Position numbers and translations under genes: made by a program. Positions 13,905 through 26,984 of a DNA stretch of 53,313 nt are shown here, one piece after another. The stretch comes from Octopus sinensis (Eukaryota). The notes under the pieces were generated by a model. The model was not told the origin of the DNA. It ran no database searches and worked only from the letters and a program-made list of their open reading frames with translations. The DNA lies in NCBI RefSeq assembly GCF_006345805.1, contig NW_021833896.1, positions 1 to 53,313 on the forward strand, in the 5' to 3' direction. The number at the start of each line of letters is the position of its first letter. The first letter of the stretch is position 1.

Positions 13905-14837
13905 TATGTTCGGAATCTTTTGTGGATCTATTGTAGATCTTTTGCAACTCTGTAGTGGATCTGCTATAGTCTAAGTATAGGGAACCTGTATAACTCTAGT
14001 GGACCTTTTTTGTTTTAATCATAGTGGATCTGTCTAGTTGTTATTGATTTAACTGTAAGGAACCCGTCTAACTGTAGTAGATTTATCTATTCCTGATCTG
14101 TTAGAGGTTATCGGTGATATGCTTTAGATATAGTTTGATGGATATTTTGTCGCAGACCACTGATAGAAATATTGTACATCTGTCGCAGACCACTGATAGA
14201 AATATTGTACATCTGTTACAAATTTATGTTGGAGTCCATCACAGTCCTTATGCAAACATATGATGAGATCAATGATAGCTATAATGTGTATCTGTTGTGA
14301 AACTGTCGTAAATATGTTGTGGGCATACTGCTGTATAGAAACTATTGCGGATATTATTGCTCACCTTTTATACATTCTATCGATATGTTGTGAATATGCT
14401 GCATCTTTGTTGTATATATATTCTTGTTGCTGAGATGTCAGGAATATTTCCTGTAATTGTTGTTTAACTATTGTGGATATTTTGTGTATAAGCAATTTAT
14501 TTATTATGTATGTTGCAAATATGTTGTGCGGACCCTGTGTGTCGTGTATATATTATGAACATATTGAGTTCTTGATGCTGATATATGATCAATATATTGT
14601 GTGTCTGTTGTGGATATATTGCCTGTTTGTTGCCTATCTGCTATATATCTGTTATATATTTCTTGTTTATCTCCTGTAGAAATCTTGTGATTATGCTGTG
14701 GTCCTGTTGTGTGTATCTATTGTGGTTTTATTGTGTATTTCTTATATAACTGTTTTGGACATGCTGTGCATCTGTAGTGGATATGTTATAGATCTGTTGT
14801 GGTTCAGTGTTGAATTTGGTGGGGATCTATCTTTGAT
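13905..14837. repeat. Degenerate 11-bp tandem repeat, consensus about (A/C)TGTTGTGGAT
   Basis: Seven in-register 11-mers at 14761-14837; perfect 33-bp duplication at 14148-14213. Confidence 0.75.
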
Positions 14838-14857
14838 GCGAATATTGAAAAAGTTCT

Positions 14858-15018
14858 AAGGTGACGAGTTGGCTGAATTGTCAGCACGCCGGGCAAAAAT
14901 TCTTGGCAGCATTTCGTCCGCCTTTGCGTTCTGAGTTCAAATTCCATCAAGGTCACCTTTGCCTTTCATTCTTTCAGGGATGTCGATAAAATAAGTAGCA
15001 GTTGAGCACTGATGTGGA
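14858..15018 (+). mobile_element. SINE A
   Basis: Head and core as in 4002-4197. Confidence 0.8.
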
Positions 15019-16287
15019 TTTTTTTCTGTAAGATACGGACGGCATTATTTTATATAACTTGTAAACGATTGTGCTTTGTGCAAATCTACCCATATAATAT
15101 TTGTGGTTACTCATCTTTTAATCTCCACATATATTTAGAGAGTGCAGAGGTGTGAAATCGGTGGTTAACAGAATGATCTATTATATTGATACAAGCTACT
15201 TTTGAATGAATGCTTTCTGAGTTCTATGTAGTTGCTGAATGTTATTTGTGGAAACACTGGCGTAACACAGCTTCCATAAACGTTTCTGCTTCTTTTCCAA
15301 ATCACCCATCATCCAACCGGTATTTATGTATATGCGCACCGTATTGGGTTTATTGATGTTTTCTTGACACATTTTTGACACATTTTCTTGACACATTTTT
15401 GTATATAAACGAATGTGTTATGTATGTATATATGCCTATATTTATATAACAATGTAGAAATATTTTCATGTCTATATATAGAAGGACATGTGTATGTATA
15501 TCCACTTATGGCTATGTATGTGAATGTTATGTATATATACATATAGATATACACACACAAGTACACACACACACACACACACATATATGTGTATGTGTCT
15601 GATTGTGAGTGGAAATGTACAGTCTCATACATAAATTTCAACTATTTGCACATACATATGCTTCTACAGACATGAATGTGCATATTATTCTTGTGGCCAA
15701 AGAAAAATAGAACAAAAACCCCAAAAGCTAAAAAAAAACAAACCGATGACCTTCCTTCCTTCCTTACACTGATCGATAATTCCTTTCCCTCTTTCTCATT
15801 TGCTTGCTCTTTCTATCTTCAGCCTGGTTGTCTTTTGTTTCTTCTCTTCCTCTCTCTCTATTATCAATTCCCTGCATCTATTTCAATATTTCCAGACTCT
15901 CATGAATTAAGAAAAAACAAAAGAAAACAGAGAGGTAAAGATGTTCTCGCTCGTCAAAAAGAGAAAAGAAAAGACAGCTGAAAATACCTCGACACTTCCA
16001 GGCCCAACGGTATACCGACTTTTTACAATTTATAGTTCATCTATAAAAATAATTTTTGCCGATGAAAACCATCACTAGTTCACCTGGGTTCTGTTATACA
16101 TACATACATACATACATACATACATACATACATACATACATACATACATACATACATACAAGGATAAATACATACACACATGCACATATACATGCACACA
16201 TATATGCATTCACACACACATATACAGACACACAATCATACTCTCATACATACATAAAAGATATTACACGCTTACACATCACAACAT

Positions 16288-16435
16288 GCATGCGACCTAT
16301 GTGTTATAATGTTGGACTCGCTGTGATTACAGGGTTGTTGGCTCGAATCGTGGACGTGGCGGCACATTATCTCTTGAGCAAAGGATATCATTTCACATTG
16401 CTCACTTCGACGCAGCTGAAAATGAGTACCAGCCG
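16288..16435 (+). mobile_element. tRNA-headed SINE family D
   Basis: TTGAGCAAAGGATATCATTTCACATTGCTC...GCTGAAAATGAGT; second copy at 18611-18770. Probable tail fragments at 10865-11000 and 31350-31460 (linkage to this head recalled from memory). Confidence 0.6.
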
Positions 16436-17015
16436 ACGGTTGGTGCAGCCTTCCTCCCTCCCCCCTCTATCCGATGTTCCACTGGGTTCATGGAGCGGAT
16501 GGGATGGAGTGGCGAGAAGGGTCATAACTACCATTAACAAACACGTAGTACATACATGTTACCAGGTCATATTCAAATTCGAGTTCGCGAGCGACGGATA
16601 TACATGTATTACGTGTGTGAATGTCGTTGTCTGAAAGGGCGTGTATACGTAGAATAGAATGTGTGTACGTGGCTGTACGCGTTGAGCTGTGTGTATGCGC
16701 GAGCGTGCATTCGTATCTTTCGCCAACGTTTATTAGCGAAAGACGTACACATTAGCTAGAAAATCGATAACGCAGTCCGTTCGTACGAACAATAAGTAAA
16801 TATTTATATAAAATAAAACAAATAGAAGAATAAAAATAAATAAATAAATAAATAAAATATTATAGCATTTAATCTGCCCGAGTTGCACAGATATTCCATT
16901 GTCACGCTGGCCATCAGAAATGCATAAAATCAGAGATGGGCCAGTTAGAAATCTACAGTCTATGGCACCATTGTTAACAAAATACACAATATAAAGTACA
17001 GCAAATGATATATAT

Positions 17016-17053
<38 letters not shown>

Positions 17054-17084
17054 GTATGTATTTTATGTATTACATATAAAAATT

Positions 17085-17900
17085 GTCATTTACACAGGTC
17101 GCAGCTGCAACAACAACAGTAGTAGCAGCAGCAGCAGTAGCAGCAGCAACAATAACACCAACAACAACAACAACATCAGCAGCAACCACAATAGCAATAA
17201 CGGCTTACACTTTTCTACAACCAATACTAGAGAACTATTATAGACACCCTATGTAGTTGTTAACCTAGTGCCCTATACAGGGGTGTGTATGTGCGTGTGC
17301 ATATTCTTATGGAGTGTGTGTGTGTGTGGGCATGTACTTGCGTGTATGTGTTTGTGTGTGTGTGTGTGGTGTGCTGTGGTAGTGGTGGTGGTGGTGTGGT
17401 GGTGGTGGTGTGTGTGTGTGTGTGTGTGTGTGTGTTAAAGACATCTGACTACCAGTTAATCCATTAACTTACAAGTACTTGTTAACACACCCATACTTAT
17501 TGACGTCGCTGCAGCCGCCGCCATCACGACCAACAAAAACAGCGGCAGCAACACTACCACTACTACCAGCACTACCACCACCACCACTACAATCTTCACT
17601 ACTACAACCACTGTCACTACCACTACCACAACCATTACCACCACTATTACCACCGCCATCACCGTCACCCTTCCTCCCACCGCTACCACAGAAACTACCA
17701 TCCCTACCCCACCCCACTAATACTCTACTCCAACCATAAACCACCAATCAGCGACCATCCCAGCGCAACGTAATCATTAGTAACACTGTCGCTGATATTT
17801 ATATCCTTAGAATGAACAATCCGAGCTCCTACGCTACCAACATTTCAACAATAAGCAACCACTATCAACGCCTCCAACACCAATAATACCTAAGTTTATC
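17085..17900. repeat. Trinucleotide low-complexity tracts (CAG/CAA, GGT, CAC/TAC)
   Basis: Directly visible; source of the poly-V/P/G ORFs. Confidence 0.85.
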
Positions 17901-18055
17901 ATCACCATCGCTGAATTAATGAGGGAGCGTATGTGAGATGTTAGAAATAGCAGCGAAACCTTCTACTAATTATCTAGCGTCTTAGAAAAGGACACGGTGG
18001 ATAACGTGGTCCGCAGGTTGCCCAAGACTGGTATAGACGCTATAGTGTCATATCC

Positions 18056-18267
18056 TTTCTAATTTTTGACACAAGGCCAGTAATTTTGAGGTGAAGGGAA
18101 AGCCGATTAGATCGAATCCAGTGTTCAAATGGTACTTATTTTAATCGACCCCGGAAGAATGAAAAGTAAAATTGACTTTGGTGGCATTTGAACTTAACGT
18201 AAAACCAGAAGAAATGCCGCTAAACATTTTGTCCATCACGCTAACGATTCTGTTCCCTCGCCGCCTT
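18056..18267 (-). mobile_element. SINE A
   Basis: Head, core and tail recognisable on the minus strand. Confidence 0.8.
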
Positions 18268-18878
18268 CTTGTTGTATATCATTGCGTACAGCTATAGGCA
18301 TTGGAACACAGGATTCAAAGAATGCAGTTGCACCTCTTAATGATTTTGTTGTGCAATGAAAATGCTTTGAACATCCTGAATTGGATCTGGATTTGCGTCC
18401 CTTTAGCAAATTTTGTTCCCGCATTTATGTATACTGTTTTTGTATATGTCCTATGTTTACAGACATCTCTGCCAAGACTATTTTGTCTGTTTGAGTATCT
18501 AGAATTATCTTCCCACTATCTATCAGTCTTCTTTTGAGATACAAGGATGTAATTTGAGTGAGATTTTTGCTATTCCTTCATCATCTACTTATATTCACAC
18601 ATGTATTTTGAAAGCGCGACGCCCAGATGTTAGAGTGTTCGTTTTAAGGTCATAACGTCGCGGATTCAATTCCTGAACCCTGCAGCAGGATGTGTCCTTG
18701 AGCAAGGTGCACCATTTCACGTTGCTCTAGTCTGCTCAACTATAATGAGTTCTATATGGGTGCTGATGCAGTTCTCTTTCCTTTTAGTGGTCACATCTTA
18801 CATGTACCACTGAGCCAAGGTTTATGAGCCGAGGCGGGACCTGCTGAAGATTACAATAGCATGGCTGTACTTGTAGAC

Positions 18879-18945
18879 TAGGCATGGACAACCTTTTTCG
18901 GGAATCGGGCCACATGACACGGCTCATCATTAGGCGGGCTGCAAT
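18879..18945 (+). mobile_element. Possible hAT/Charlie-type left terminus
   Basis: TAGGCATGGACAACCTTTTT...GGGCCACAT resembles recalled hAT-Charlie MITE ends; no matching right TIR found. Confidence 0.3.
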
Positions 18946-19387
18946 AATTCATGGCAATTTTTCATTAGGCATGCCACTCATAAACTCTATAGACCGCAGT
19001 TTACCCGTGACTGCATAACATCACGGCGCAACACATTCCAGTACATCCTCTCAAAGTATATCACGCTAAATTAAATGATTGTATATTTACACTACATCAA
19101 ATCACATTAAGCACGCCATCATACCACATTGCACACATCTCGTAAGTTAAGGAGGGAGCCTTTACGTATTGCTTAATCTGTTAGAAATAGCGATCAAATT
19201 TCCTTGAAATTTCATTATACCGAGTTAAAAAAGACGTGATGGCCTGGTAACACTATTCCATAGTAACATTATTCCAGAATAAAAAAAAGAAAAACGGTAT
19301 GATCATAACTGGAATAGCCTCTGATTATGGATCTGGTTTATCAGAGTGACAAGGGCTAAGCAACACTATATGTATACATACTATAAC

Positions 19388-19562
19388 AAGGTGGTTATCT
19401 GGTAGAGTCGTTTGCACGTCGGGAAAAATGCTTAGTGACATTTCGTCCGTCTTTACATTCTGAGTTCAAATTTCGCCGAGGTTGACTTAGCTTTTCATCT
19501 GTTCGGGACCAATAAATAAGTAGCAGTTGAATACTGGAATCGAGCTAATCGACTTAATCCTT
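19388..19562 (+). mobile_element. SINE A
   Basis: Head and core. Confidence 0.75.
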
Positions 19563-19979
19563 CTTCAGTATACTTACTATATATTCCACACCTCTTTACA
19601 CATACAAAACACCGCATACATTTCACATTACACTCACAGAGGTCATAGGTCATATCAGTCAGCACACACTTCACACCACACTGCACATAAACTGAGCCAT
19701 CCTAGTTTATACATCATGTCACAATCGTTCATTATACATCCATCATTTCTTAGTCCTTTAGCTTCCCATCACCATCAACACTATCGCCACAACACAAGAA
19801 CCTCTATCATCACCATCATCATCATCATCAACACCATTATCCTTCCCCAACAAGTTCACCGTAGTAAATACTGCTACTTCCGCCGGGATATTTATTTTGT
19901 GACACGAATGGCGCGATTTCGAGACCCTCAACTGGTAACATATAAAACAGTGGACTACACACACACACACCCACAAACG

Positions 19980-20022
<43 letters not shown>

Positions 20023-20161
20023 AGCACAAAATACATGAATATAGGACACAAAGCACACAACTACATTCAAGAGCGGGACTGAACCCGGAACCAAGTGGTT
20101 GGGAAGCAAGTTTCTTACAACCCAATACGTCTGCACCTACAAATACACACACACAACAAAC

Positions 20162-20235
<74 letters not shown>

Positions 20236-20270
20236 ATCTATATATATATATGAGTGTGTGTGTGGGAGGG

Positions 20271-20375
20271 GACTTTTTCTTTTACCCGAGCGTCAAACTA
20301 GTTTGACGCTCGGGAAAATGAAAAAGTCTTTTACGTTTCGAGCATACGGTCTTTAACAGAAAGGAATAAGAGAAA
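20271..20375 (-). mobile_element. Penelope-like element terminus with inverted duplication
   Basis: Shares GTCTTTTACGTTTCGAGC...AACAGAAAG with 27015-27053; 58-bp fold-back at 20271-20328. Confidence 0.6.
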
Positions 20376-20381
20376 CAGAGA

Positions 20382-20474
<93 letters not shown>

Positions 20475-21335
20475 TAAAAAAACTTGTAGATTTAGCGGTC
20501 AAATATGGTGAATGATTAGAAAAATGTTTGAAAAAAGAGGTTGAAAGGAAGGGAGATAATAAAGAGTGTAGTTGATACTAATTTCGGAGTCACTGTCAGC
20601 ATTATTGCTTAAGAATAATAAGTTTGCACTCCATAAAGTATAGAGTAATCCATCAGTTTAATTTTAAAATTGTTTTTATCACAACTGAACATAAAAGCAA
20701 GCATTAATATATATATCGGTGTGTATGTATATATATACATGTGTGTACACGTATATACATGTGTGTGTGTATGTACACTCATATATAATAATAAAATATA
20801 ATATGACACTCATACACACATGGTGCTCTTAGTTGCTATCACTTTCCAACATTTTCCAATAAAGTAATTATGACTGGCATTTGGTTGGTATGGTATGTGA
20901 TAAGTATAAATATATACACGTATGTGTATGTTTGTGTATAGACACACAGACCCACTCACGCACACACACGCACACAGACAATAATATTATGTGTGTAAGA
21001 GCGTTGTTGTGAGGTATATGCATGTGCATGTAAGTGTGTGTGTGTGCATTAAATGGAGAGGTGTTTGAGACGTCGATAGAATGAACTGGGAATAATTATG
21101 TGTTGGCAATATAATATGGTAAAGGAAAAACATAAAAGCGTTGAATTTAATCAGCCGCACAAATGTCTGTGCACACAACATAGACGTATATGAACATGTC
21201 TATATATATGTTATATATATATATAATATATATATATATATAATGTATATATATATATGTATATATATATATGTGTATATATATATAGATATATATGTAT
21301 ATGTGTATATATGTATATATATGCATATGTACATG

Positions 21336-21406
<71 letters not shown>

Positions 21407-21429
21407 GCATATGTACATGCGTACATATT

Positions 21430-21460
<31 letters not shown>

Positions 21461-21908
21461 ATACATACATACACAGACACACACACGCACCCATATATAT
21501 ATATATATATAAAATTATATATTTTTGTAAGTCTGCGTGTGTCAGTTAGTCTGGAGAACAACAATGGTGGTCACATCGTTTTACAGACTCTGAGGTCGAT
21601 ATAATTGATTTAATGTTAAAAACCTTAGCTTTTCTCTCTGTGGGAAACATACTCAGAGGGACCAGCGAATGATAATAAACCCCCTACGTGGGCTCTCTAA
21701 GAATATCAGCCACATTTCCCTCAAACTACACAGCGCCGCTTTTATTTCGCTAATATGCCCCTGAATACATAACGTCTAATAAAATGAGGGTATGATCATA
21801 GATCTAATTCATACGTGCTGGCTTTAGAATTAAACAACACAGTCAGGGAAGGGATTAGCAGCATCGGTGTGGGAAGGGAAAATTGGAAGAAATGTTTAGT
21901 GTGTGTGT

Positions 21909-21939
<31 letters not shown>

Positions 21940-22083
21940 AGTGAGTGAGTGTGTGTGTGTGTGTTTAGCTGTGATGAGGGAAAGAAATGAAACAGCCAAG
22001 TCGGCGTTGTGGTGCACTGCTTCTTATTTCGTATAGAAGGAACAGTTGCAGTAATGATAAGAAAAGGGGAGAAAGGTGGATAC

Positions 22084-22242
22084 CTCGTGACAGCGGATTA
22101 TTTTTGAATTTTGACTCATCTCTCTCCACACCTCTCTCATCCGGCTGAACTTTGAAAAACCAGGACTATGATTAGAAGTATTCCCGATATGACAACCTCG
22201 TCTGTTATTGTTACTTGAGGCATAGCGTATCTTTGGCAACAC
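22084..22242 (-). CDS. Candidate orphan exon, 159 nt, phase 0-0
   Basis: Acceptor TTTACATAG, donor GAG/GTATCC, open frame VLPKIRYASS...IIRCHE; no family recognised. Confidence 0.2.
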
Positions 22243-23343
22243 CTATGTAAAGTATTCTTAAATTTTTTAACAATAGCCTATGACTCAATGGAGATTTGAT
22301 TGTTGTTTCTAGCAGGTCGGGCTACCACATCGGCGTTATCTTGATGTTTCGAGCTGTGAGTGAATTTTTGCTACTCTATGTTGTTGATAGTATATTAAAA
22401 ATTATGACTTCATAATGAGATATCTTTATCTTCCTGATCTCACCGTCGGTCCCCATCCGTCTTAAGGGACCATAGAAATTGCTTCTTTCCTCTTCTTCCT
22501 TCCCCTTCTCCTCAAACCTTCCTCCCTTCCCAAGCCCTCGCTGTGTTGGCACATCGTATACAATGACTGTACAGGCCTATTCAAGAGAGCCAATTCTTAT
22601 TGCCTTCACTACAAATAACCAACGCTCAATATAAACTACATCATAAACTGAAATAAATAATATTTATTAGGTTAATATCGTAAATAAACAATGTTTATCT
22701 TTCTTGTGCCTTACTTCGATAACTTTGATAGGTTTCGACCAGTATAGGGCCAGGCCATGTCTAACTTAATAGCACCACCTTATACCAGATTTTTTCCCCT
22801 AGCACTCCATTTGTGACCATCCCTCCAAACATATTGTTTAAAATAAATCTTAATGTACTTTTTTTTTCCTTTCCCTATTTTAAGATAGAGAGAAAACTTG
22901 GCTGCAATATCTTGTGTACTATGTGGTCTATATAGCGGTTCATTCGCTTCTCATGAATAAAACACACTCTACTCAACGGAACAAAATAATTCAAAATTAA
23001 AAACGACATCGAGATAAAAAAGATCCTGTTTATTGTAACAAGTTTCCAACCTGCACGGTCCTTGCTGCTACACGGTTTGATCACACTGTCGCATTTAGAC
23101 ATTTTATTTACAACAGCCCCAGAACGCTACGACACCATTCTTTAAAGATAAATGTTATTCCAGCCGACATTAACGTAGAAATAAGCAATCAAATCTACTT
23201 TACATCGTGTCCTATAGTTTTAACAAAGATAAAAGAATATAGTCCCCTGATACAAAAGAAGACTTGATGACCACAGCTAGAATGCTTTTGATCATAAGCC
23301 TGCTGACATGGTGTTAAGTAACAGCATTATTATCACTCTCGAT

Positions 23344-23580
23344 AAGGCTGTGAGCTTGCCGAATCGTTAACACACTAGGCAAAATGCTTCACGGCATTTC
23401 GTTCGTCTTTACGTTATGAATTTAAATTCCGTATTTGACTGGTAACATTTATTTATCGGCTCTTAAAGAACGAAAAAAATTGAATTTTTGAAGTATTTGA
23501 ACTCGACACGTAAAGAACCGGAAGAAATCCCACTGAATATGTTATCCGAAGCATTAACGATTCTGTCAGCTCGCAACCCT
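23344..23580. mobile_element. Two SINE A heads in inverted orientation
   Basis: Plus head at 23344-23430 followed by minus head/core at 23432-23580. Confidence 0.65.
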
Positions 23581-23592
23581 AGTGAACCAGTG

Positions 23593-23686
<94 letters not shown>

Positions 23687-24051
23687 AAATGAGTTATTAC
23701 ATTGTTTGTTAAATACGTCAAAAGTAAACTACATAGGATTCGAATCAGTGAGCTTTATCATGAATTCAAATATTTTCTTCATATGTCATTAAAAGAAGAA
23801 TGTATTTAACACCACGATTCTAAGCCGCCATCAAAGACAAGGCCTCATTATTGACAGAAATATGAGACAGAGGTAAATCGGAAGAGCCAATTCTAGGTGA
23901 TGAGAGCATGTTGTTGCTATTAATGTTCTTGCTACTGCTGCTGATGATGATGACAATGATAATGATTTTTTTATATTGGTTACAAGGGCCTCAGATATTG
24001 AAGACAAAATCAAAGAACATAATAATAATAATAGTAATAATAATAATAATG

Positions 24052-24090
<39 letters not shown>

Positions 24091-24562
24091 TAATAATGAT
24101 GATGATGATGATGATAAAACAGAAATAGATCTCATTCTACGCAAGGTAATTTCAGTTCAATGGTACAACTAAAGTATTACACAACACTATACCCTATAAA
24201 TTAATCACCACCAAACAATGTGAAAAGTATCCATTAAACACATACAAGACCAGCCAATAAAACACTACTTATAGTCTTAAAAAATCTTTACTCGATATGC
24301 TATAACGTCAACAACTCATAGCACTGCATATTCGGCAGCCATTAATATAACACAAGTCGAAGAAGACTGAGTTATCTCCCCTCATTCCAATGACCTCTCT
24401 AATTTTGTATTTCCGAGAACAATGAAATAAGTACGAGACAAAGTACTACGGTCTATATAATTAACGAAAAAAAAAAGGGAAGACAGATTGAGGGTAGTAC
24501 CCCAGCATGGCCATAGTGGAATGGCTGAAATCAAAAAAAAAAATCTATGTGGCTATAAACAA

Positions 24563-25180
24563 TGACCTATATAATGACCTGGCTTCTACATCCTCAGTAC
24601 ACAGGTACCTCCATTTAATGAGCTAGTGGCACATTTATAGTGCCCTACTAACCTATATCCAACAGACTATTGACCTATATTTCAAATACGAGTGACCTAT
24701 ATTAGATGAACGTATGACTTATATATGCCATGAACTATTGATCTATATAAAAACTGGTACACGTATTGACCTAATGACCTAATGACCTATATACACAATT
24801 CATGACATTGGCTATAATTTGGTGACCTTCAATAACGAAACAGTGACCTTCACAATATATACGAGCTGTATAGCAAATAAACGACCTTCACGTCGTTTTA
24901 AGGCTTTCAAAATCAAGGATTGACTTCCAGAAAGGAAATGACCTTCACAGGAAATGCATAACCATCACCTAAAGCTAATGATCTTTACGACACACTATAG
25001 ATTTCTAATTGAAACTAATAGCAAAAAGAAAAAAAATGAACTTCATATACAATAATTACTGTTTCACATAATCTGTTGACCTAATATACCATATACATCC
25101 TTTACAGTAACCTGTAGATGGTCACAAAGTACCAATAACTTACTCAACAGATTATATATTTCGACCGGAGTTTCTGACCT
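24563..25180 (+). repeat. TGACCT-rich degenerate repeat
   Basis: 12 exact TGACCT on the plus strand plus many one-mismatch variants. Confidence 0.75.
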
Positions 25181-25266
25181 TCAAAGCGAATTTATGACTT
25201 TAAGAGAAAAGGGCGATCTAAGTTAAGGACACTGATTTTTCTTGATGGTCTCCATCTAGCTCTTAC

Positions 25267-25360
25267 CGTCAAAAAAGAACATCGTAAAAAGACGATAGTA
25301 GAGATGTTTCGAGTTCCCATACTGGAAACATCACTACTGACGTCTTCCAGCGTATACGAT
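25267..25360 (-). CDS. Candidate orphan exon, 94 nt
   Basis: Acceptor AATTTGAATTAG, donor ACG/GTAAGA; one open frame SYTLEDVSSDVSSMGTRNISTIVFLRCSFLT exiting in phase 0. Confidence 0.2.
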
Positions 25361-25475
25361 CTAATTCAAATTAGCAAATTTTATAACTATGACGTGGTTA
25401 CTTTCAAATGACGCCAGTCATTTTTTACAACAACAACAACAACAATAATAATTGTAATTTTTATTGTTATTATAT

Positions 25476-25718
25476 AAGGCAGCGAGCTGGCAGAATCGTT
25501 AACACGCAGAGCGAAATGCTTAGCGGCATTTCGTCCCGTCTTTACGCCCTGAGTTCACATTCCGTCGCGGTCAACACATTCCGTCGCGGTCAACACATTC
25601 CGTCGGGGTCGATAAAATAAGCACCAGTCGAGCACTGGGGTCGATGTAATCGACTAATACCCTCCCCTGACATCTCAGGTCTTGTGCCTATAGTAGAAAG
25701 GACTACTACTACTACTAC
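25476..25718 (+). mobile_element. SINE A with internal 3x19-bp amplification and (TAC)n tail
   Basis: CACATTCCGTCGCGGTCAA at 25556 and 25575; variant at 25594. Confidence 0.85.
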
Positions 25719-26604
25719 AACCTTCCTAAATATCATAACTGTCCCTAATAATACTGGGTTTTTTTTGGAGCTACACTAAACTAGGATTTCCTCTATACAT
25801 CCACTCAAATCTTTATGAATAATTCCTACTGCACTTATAACTACAAGGATACATTTTACCCGCACTTTCCATAGCCTCTCTTACTCAATTACTAGATCCT
25901 GGTATTTGCTACTTTCTTTATACAATTCGTATTGACTTTCTCATCACTTGGGACAGTAAAGTCGATTACCTAGAACTCTCTATTCTCTTTGTCTACCCTT
26001 TGTCTAAATCAGGCCTTCTAGCTTCTATTTCTCTGCCAGTCTGAATGTTAAAATCCTGTACCTTATATTCCTTACTTTCTAGCACTTTGTTAGGTTCAGG
26101 TTCATACAGCTTATCAATATGATCAAATCCTACCTTTCTACAACTCCTTGTGGAACATTCTTCCTAGGTTGTCATGTATTTTATATTCCTTCTGTGCCTG
26201 CATACTACATTCTCTAACTATGAGTGACACTTTGATTTACATTATCTACACAAGGAATCCACTTGATTTTTGTCTATCTTAGCTTTTATTCAGTTAGTCC
26301 TCCTCAATGCCTGATCTTGTGCTGCTACTAATAAACTTTCCGTCTCCATTTCCAATCGTCCTTTCTGTAATCGCAGAGTCTTACTATTACTATTTTTTGC
26401 AACTATCTTTGGAGAGCTACCATGCAAAGCCAATCAGATAATCTTGATTCTTTTACTGGTTTTTACCTACATTTCAGTTTCTGCTTTCCCTAGCTCCTAC
26501 TGTTGTTCTTGCAGATCTTAAAGTTTCTTCACTATTACCTACGTAGGAGGCTATAACCACTCTAGCTAACTACACACAGTCTTCTACTGATATTAAACCT
26601 CTAC
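25719..26604 (-). mobile_element. R4/Dong-clade non-LTR retrotransposon fragment (CCHC knuckle and restriction-like endonuclease region)
   Basis: Broken translation RGLISVEDCV...LHG...METESLLVAAQDQALR...SLCR*C...VTHIVREC...HDN...FNIQT...IEARRPDL...VIDFTVPSD...KYQDL...ERLWKV...LLGTVMIFRKV. Confidence 0.9.
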
Positions 26605-26945
26605 TATTATTATTATTATTATTATAAATATGAGTCCAGACGTAAAAACTTAAGGTCATCATTCCCAAGATTCGATGCAGAGTAAATTTTATGGCAAACA
26701 GAAGCACATAAAGTTAATTATATTTATTCAGATATGTTACAAAATGCCTGCAGTTGACTGGACGTTTTGCCTCAGCAATCAATAGAATTAGCATTTGCTC
26801 TTAAATATAACCACTGAACCCACACACACACACATACACATACAGCTAGAAAGAGAGAGAAAGGGAGGACTAGAGAGAGAGAAAGAGAACGTAATGATGG
26901 TGTCACAATATAAATGCTTTTAGTTACTTCAAGAGACACAGCTAC

Positions 26946-26977
<32 letters not shown>

Positions 26978-26984
26978 TGTATTA

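Noticed and set aside
16870-16970. Sushi-like stretch CRFLTGPSLILCISDGQRD on the minus strand
   Set aside because: Conserved Trp absent, wrong Cys spacing, no good donor.
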